DNA of 64,000 nt, from the IMG/VR virus record IMGVR_UViG_3300009177_000028, positions 140,388 to 204,387 of that record; one strand, given 5' to 3'. Within the stretch, counting starts at the first letter, position 1. Each line of letters opens with the position of its first letter. The notes under the pieces were generated by a model. That model was not told the DNA's origin, ran no database searches, and was given only the letters and a program-made list of their open reading frames with translations. A program made the position numbers and the translations under genes. This document shows positions 63,294 through 64,000 of the stretch, piece after piece.

Positions 63294-63599
63294 GTGTTTC
63301 CAAACAATCAACCATCAGAAGGAATGCAGACAATGGAAAAGGATGATTTGAACAAGGTAACCAAGGAGGATCTGAGCAAAGAGATTCAGTCCAATCTCTC
63401 GGATCTGAGGGAGCATGCGCAGGGGCTTTTGGCCCTGTGTACCCAGCTTCAAACCATTGCCAACAACGGTGATGCGGCTCTCACGGCTATCAAGGAAGCC
63501 AAGGTCGTGGCGGACAACATGAAGGACGCCAAGGATGCGCTCGACAAGGTGCGCAAGGCCCTGAAGACGCGCGCGCAAGCCATTCTGAAGGACTGCTGA
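63294..63599 (+). CDS. coiled-coil hypothetical protein
   Basis: helical, Ala/Lys/Asp-rich; start may be ATG 63324 or 63333. Confidence 0.7.
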   Translation: MFPNNQPSEGMQTMEKDDLNKVTKEDLSKEIQSNLSDLREHAQGLLALCTQLQTIANNGDAALTAIKEAKVVADNMKDAKDALDKVRKALKTRAQAILKDC

Positions 63600-63730
63600 T
63601 TTCGCCCTTCTCGATCCCCTGTTGTGGTGTCAGGGGATATTGAGAACGTCTGCTGGAACGAGACCAAAAAACTGACACTTGCGGCTGTCAGCCAGTCCAA
63701 GTGTCAACCTAATTCAACGAGACTATCCCA

Positions 63731-64000
63731 ATGAAAGTACTATTGTCACTTACATTGGTGGCAATGATGGGATGCCTCAAGCCATTGCCACCTGAACCTC
63801 CTAGACCAATTGTGGTGGAGATTCGCAGACTACCTCCTACGGTAGTCAAAGGAGAGATGATTGAGGTTCTTCCGGAACCGGAGCCACCTGTACATACGTG
63901 GTTGACTGGGGAGGAACTTCAAAAGGTGTTGGAAGAACGGGCCAAGAAGCAAAGTGATTGCTGGTGCTCAGAGGGAGATCCTCTGTGCGGTTGTCTTCCG
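63731..64000 (+). CDS. Pro-rich lipoprotein (runs off the window)
   Basis: read by hand: MKVLLSLTLVAMMGC lipobox; ends CWCSEGDPLCGCLP at the window edge. Confidence 0.65.
   Translation, partial: MKVLLSLTLVAMMGCLKPLPPEPPRPIVVEIRRLPPTVVKGEMIEVLPEPEPPVHTWLTGEELQKVLEERAKKQSDCWCSEGDPLCGCLP

Noticed and set aside
21100-64000. Numerous minus-strand and alternative-frame ORFs in the track (e.g. 23303-24148, 39860-40609, 59194-60018)
   Set aside because: They shadow well-supported plus-strand genes in GC-rich DNA, lack SD or motifs, and are expected from GC3 bias. Only 47009, 52534 and 53881 were kept on the minus strand.
1-64000. CRISPR array, rRNA, complete tRNA, transposase, integrase, structural or terminase genes
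   Set aside because: None recognised by eye in the sequence or ORF track; a tRNAscan or HMM run could still find weak cases.

Overview
Most likely a 64-kb segment of a large (jumbo-type) phage of myxobacteria, probably Polyangiaceae/Sorangiineae. This is an inference: no structural or terminase genes are in the window, so a megaplasmid/ICE is not excluded. Host clues: a near-canonical MXAN_4361/4362-family small protein, a myxobacterial-style FGE-domain lipoprotein, a PAS histidine kinase and five stand-alone receivers. Two compositional arms. LEFT (1-19.9 kb, AT-rich): a translationally coupled array of 25 divergent paralogues, each with an N-terminal Cys pair (Zn ribbon) and a conserved C-terminal ...K-x-x-hydrophobic-F-S-COOH tail. 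Embedded in it are a frameshift-free release factor 2, a kinase-like gene, an FGE lipoprotein and an inverted HK-RR cassette; three convergent proteases (metzincin, trypsin-like, C39) close it. RIGHT (21.5-64 kb, GC-richer, early-gene-like): more than 100 small plus-strand genes, including ArdC, Ku, a P-loop helicase-like ATPase, two bL12-CTD-like proteins, four receivers and many lipoproteins. It carries a repeated regulatory grammar: nine copies of a ~35-bp element embedding a sigma54 (GG-N10-GC) promoter, ten covarying intergenic RNA hairpins, and two rrn-type boxA elements downstream of sigma54 promoters. No CRISPR array, complete tRNA, rRNA, transposase or integrase was seen. All family calls come from motif recognition by eye; no searches were run.
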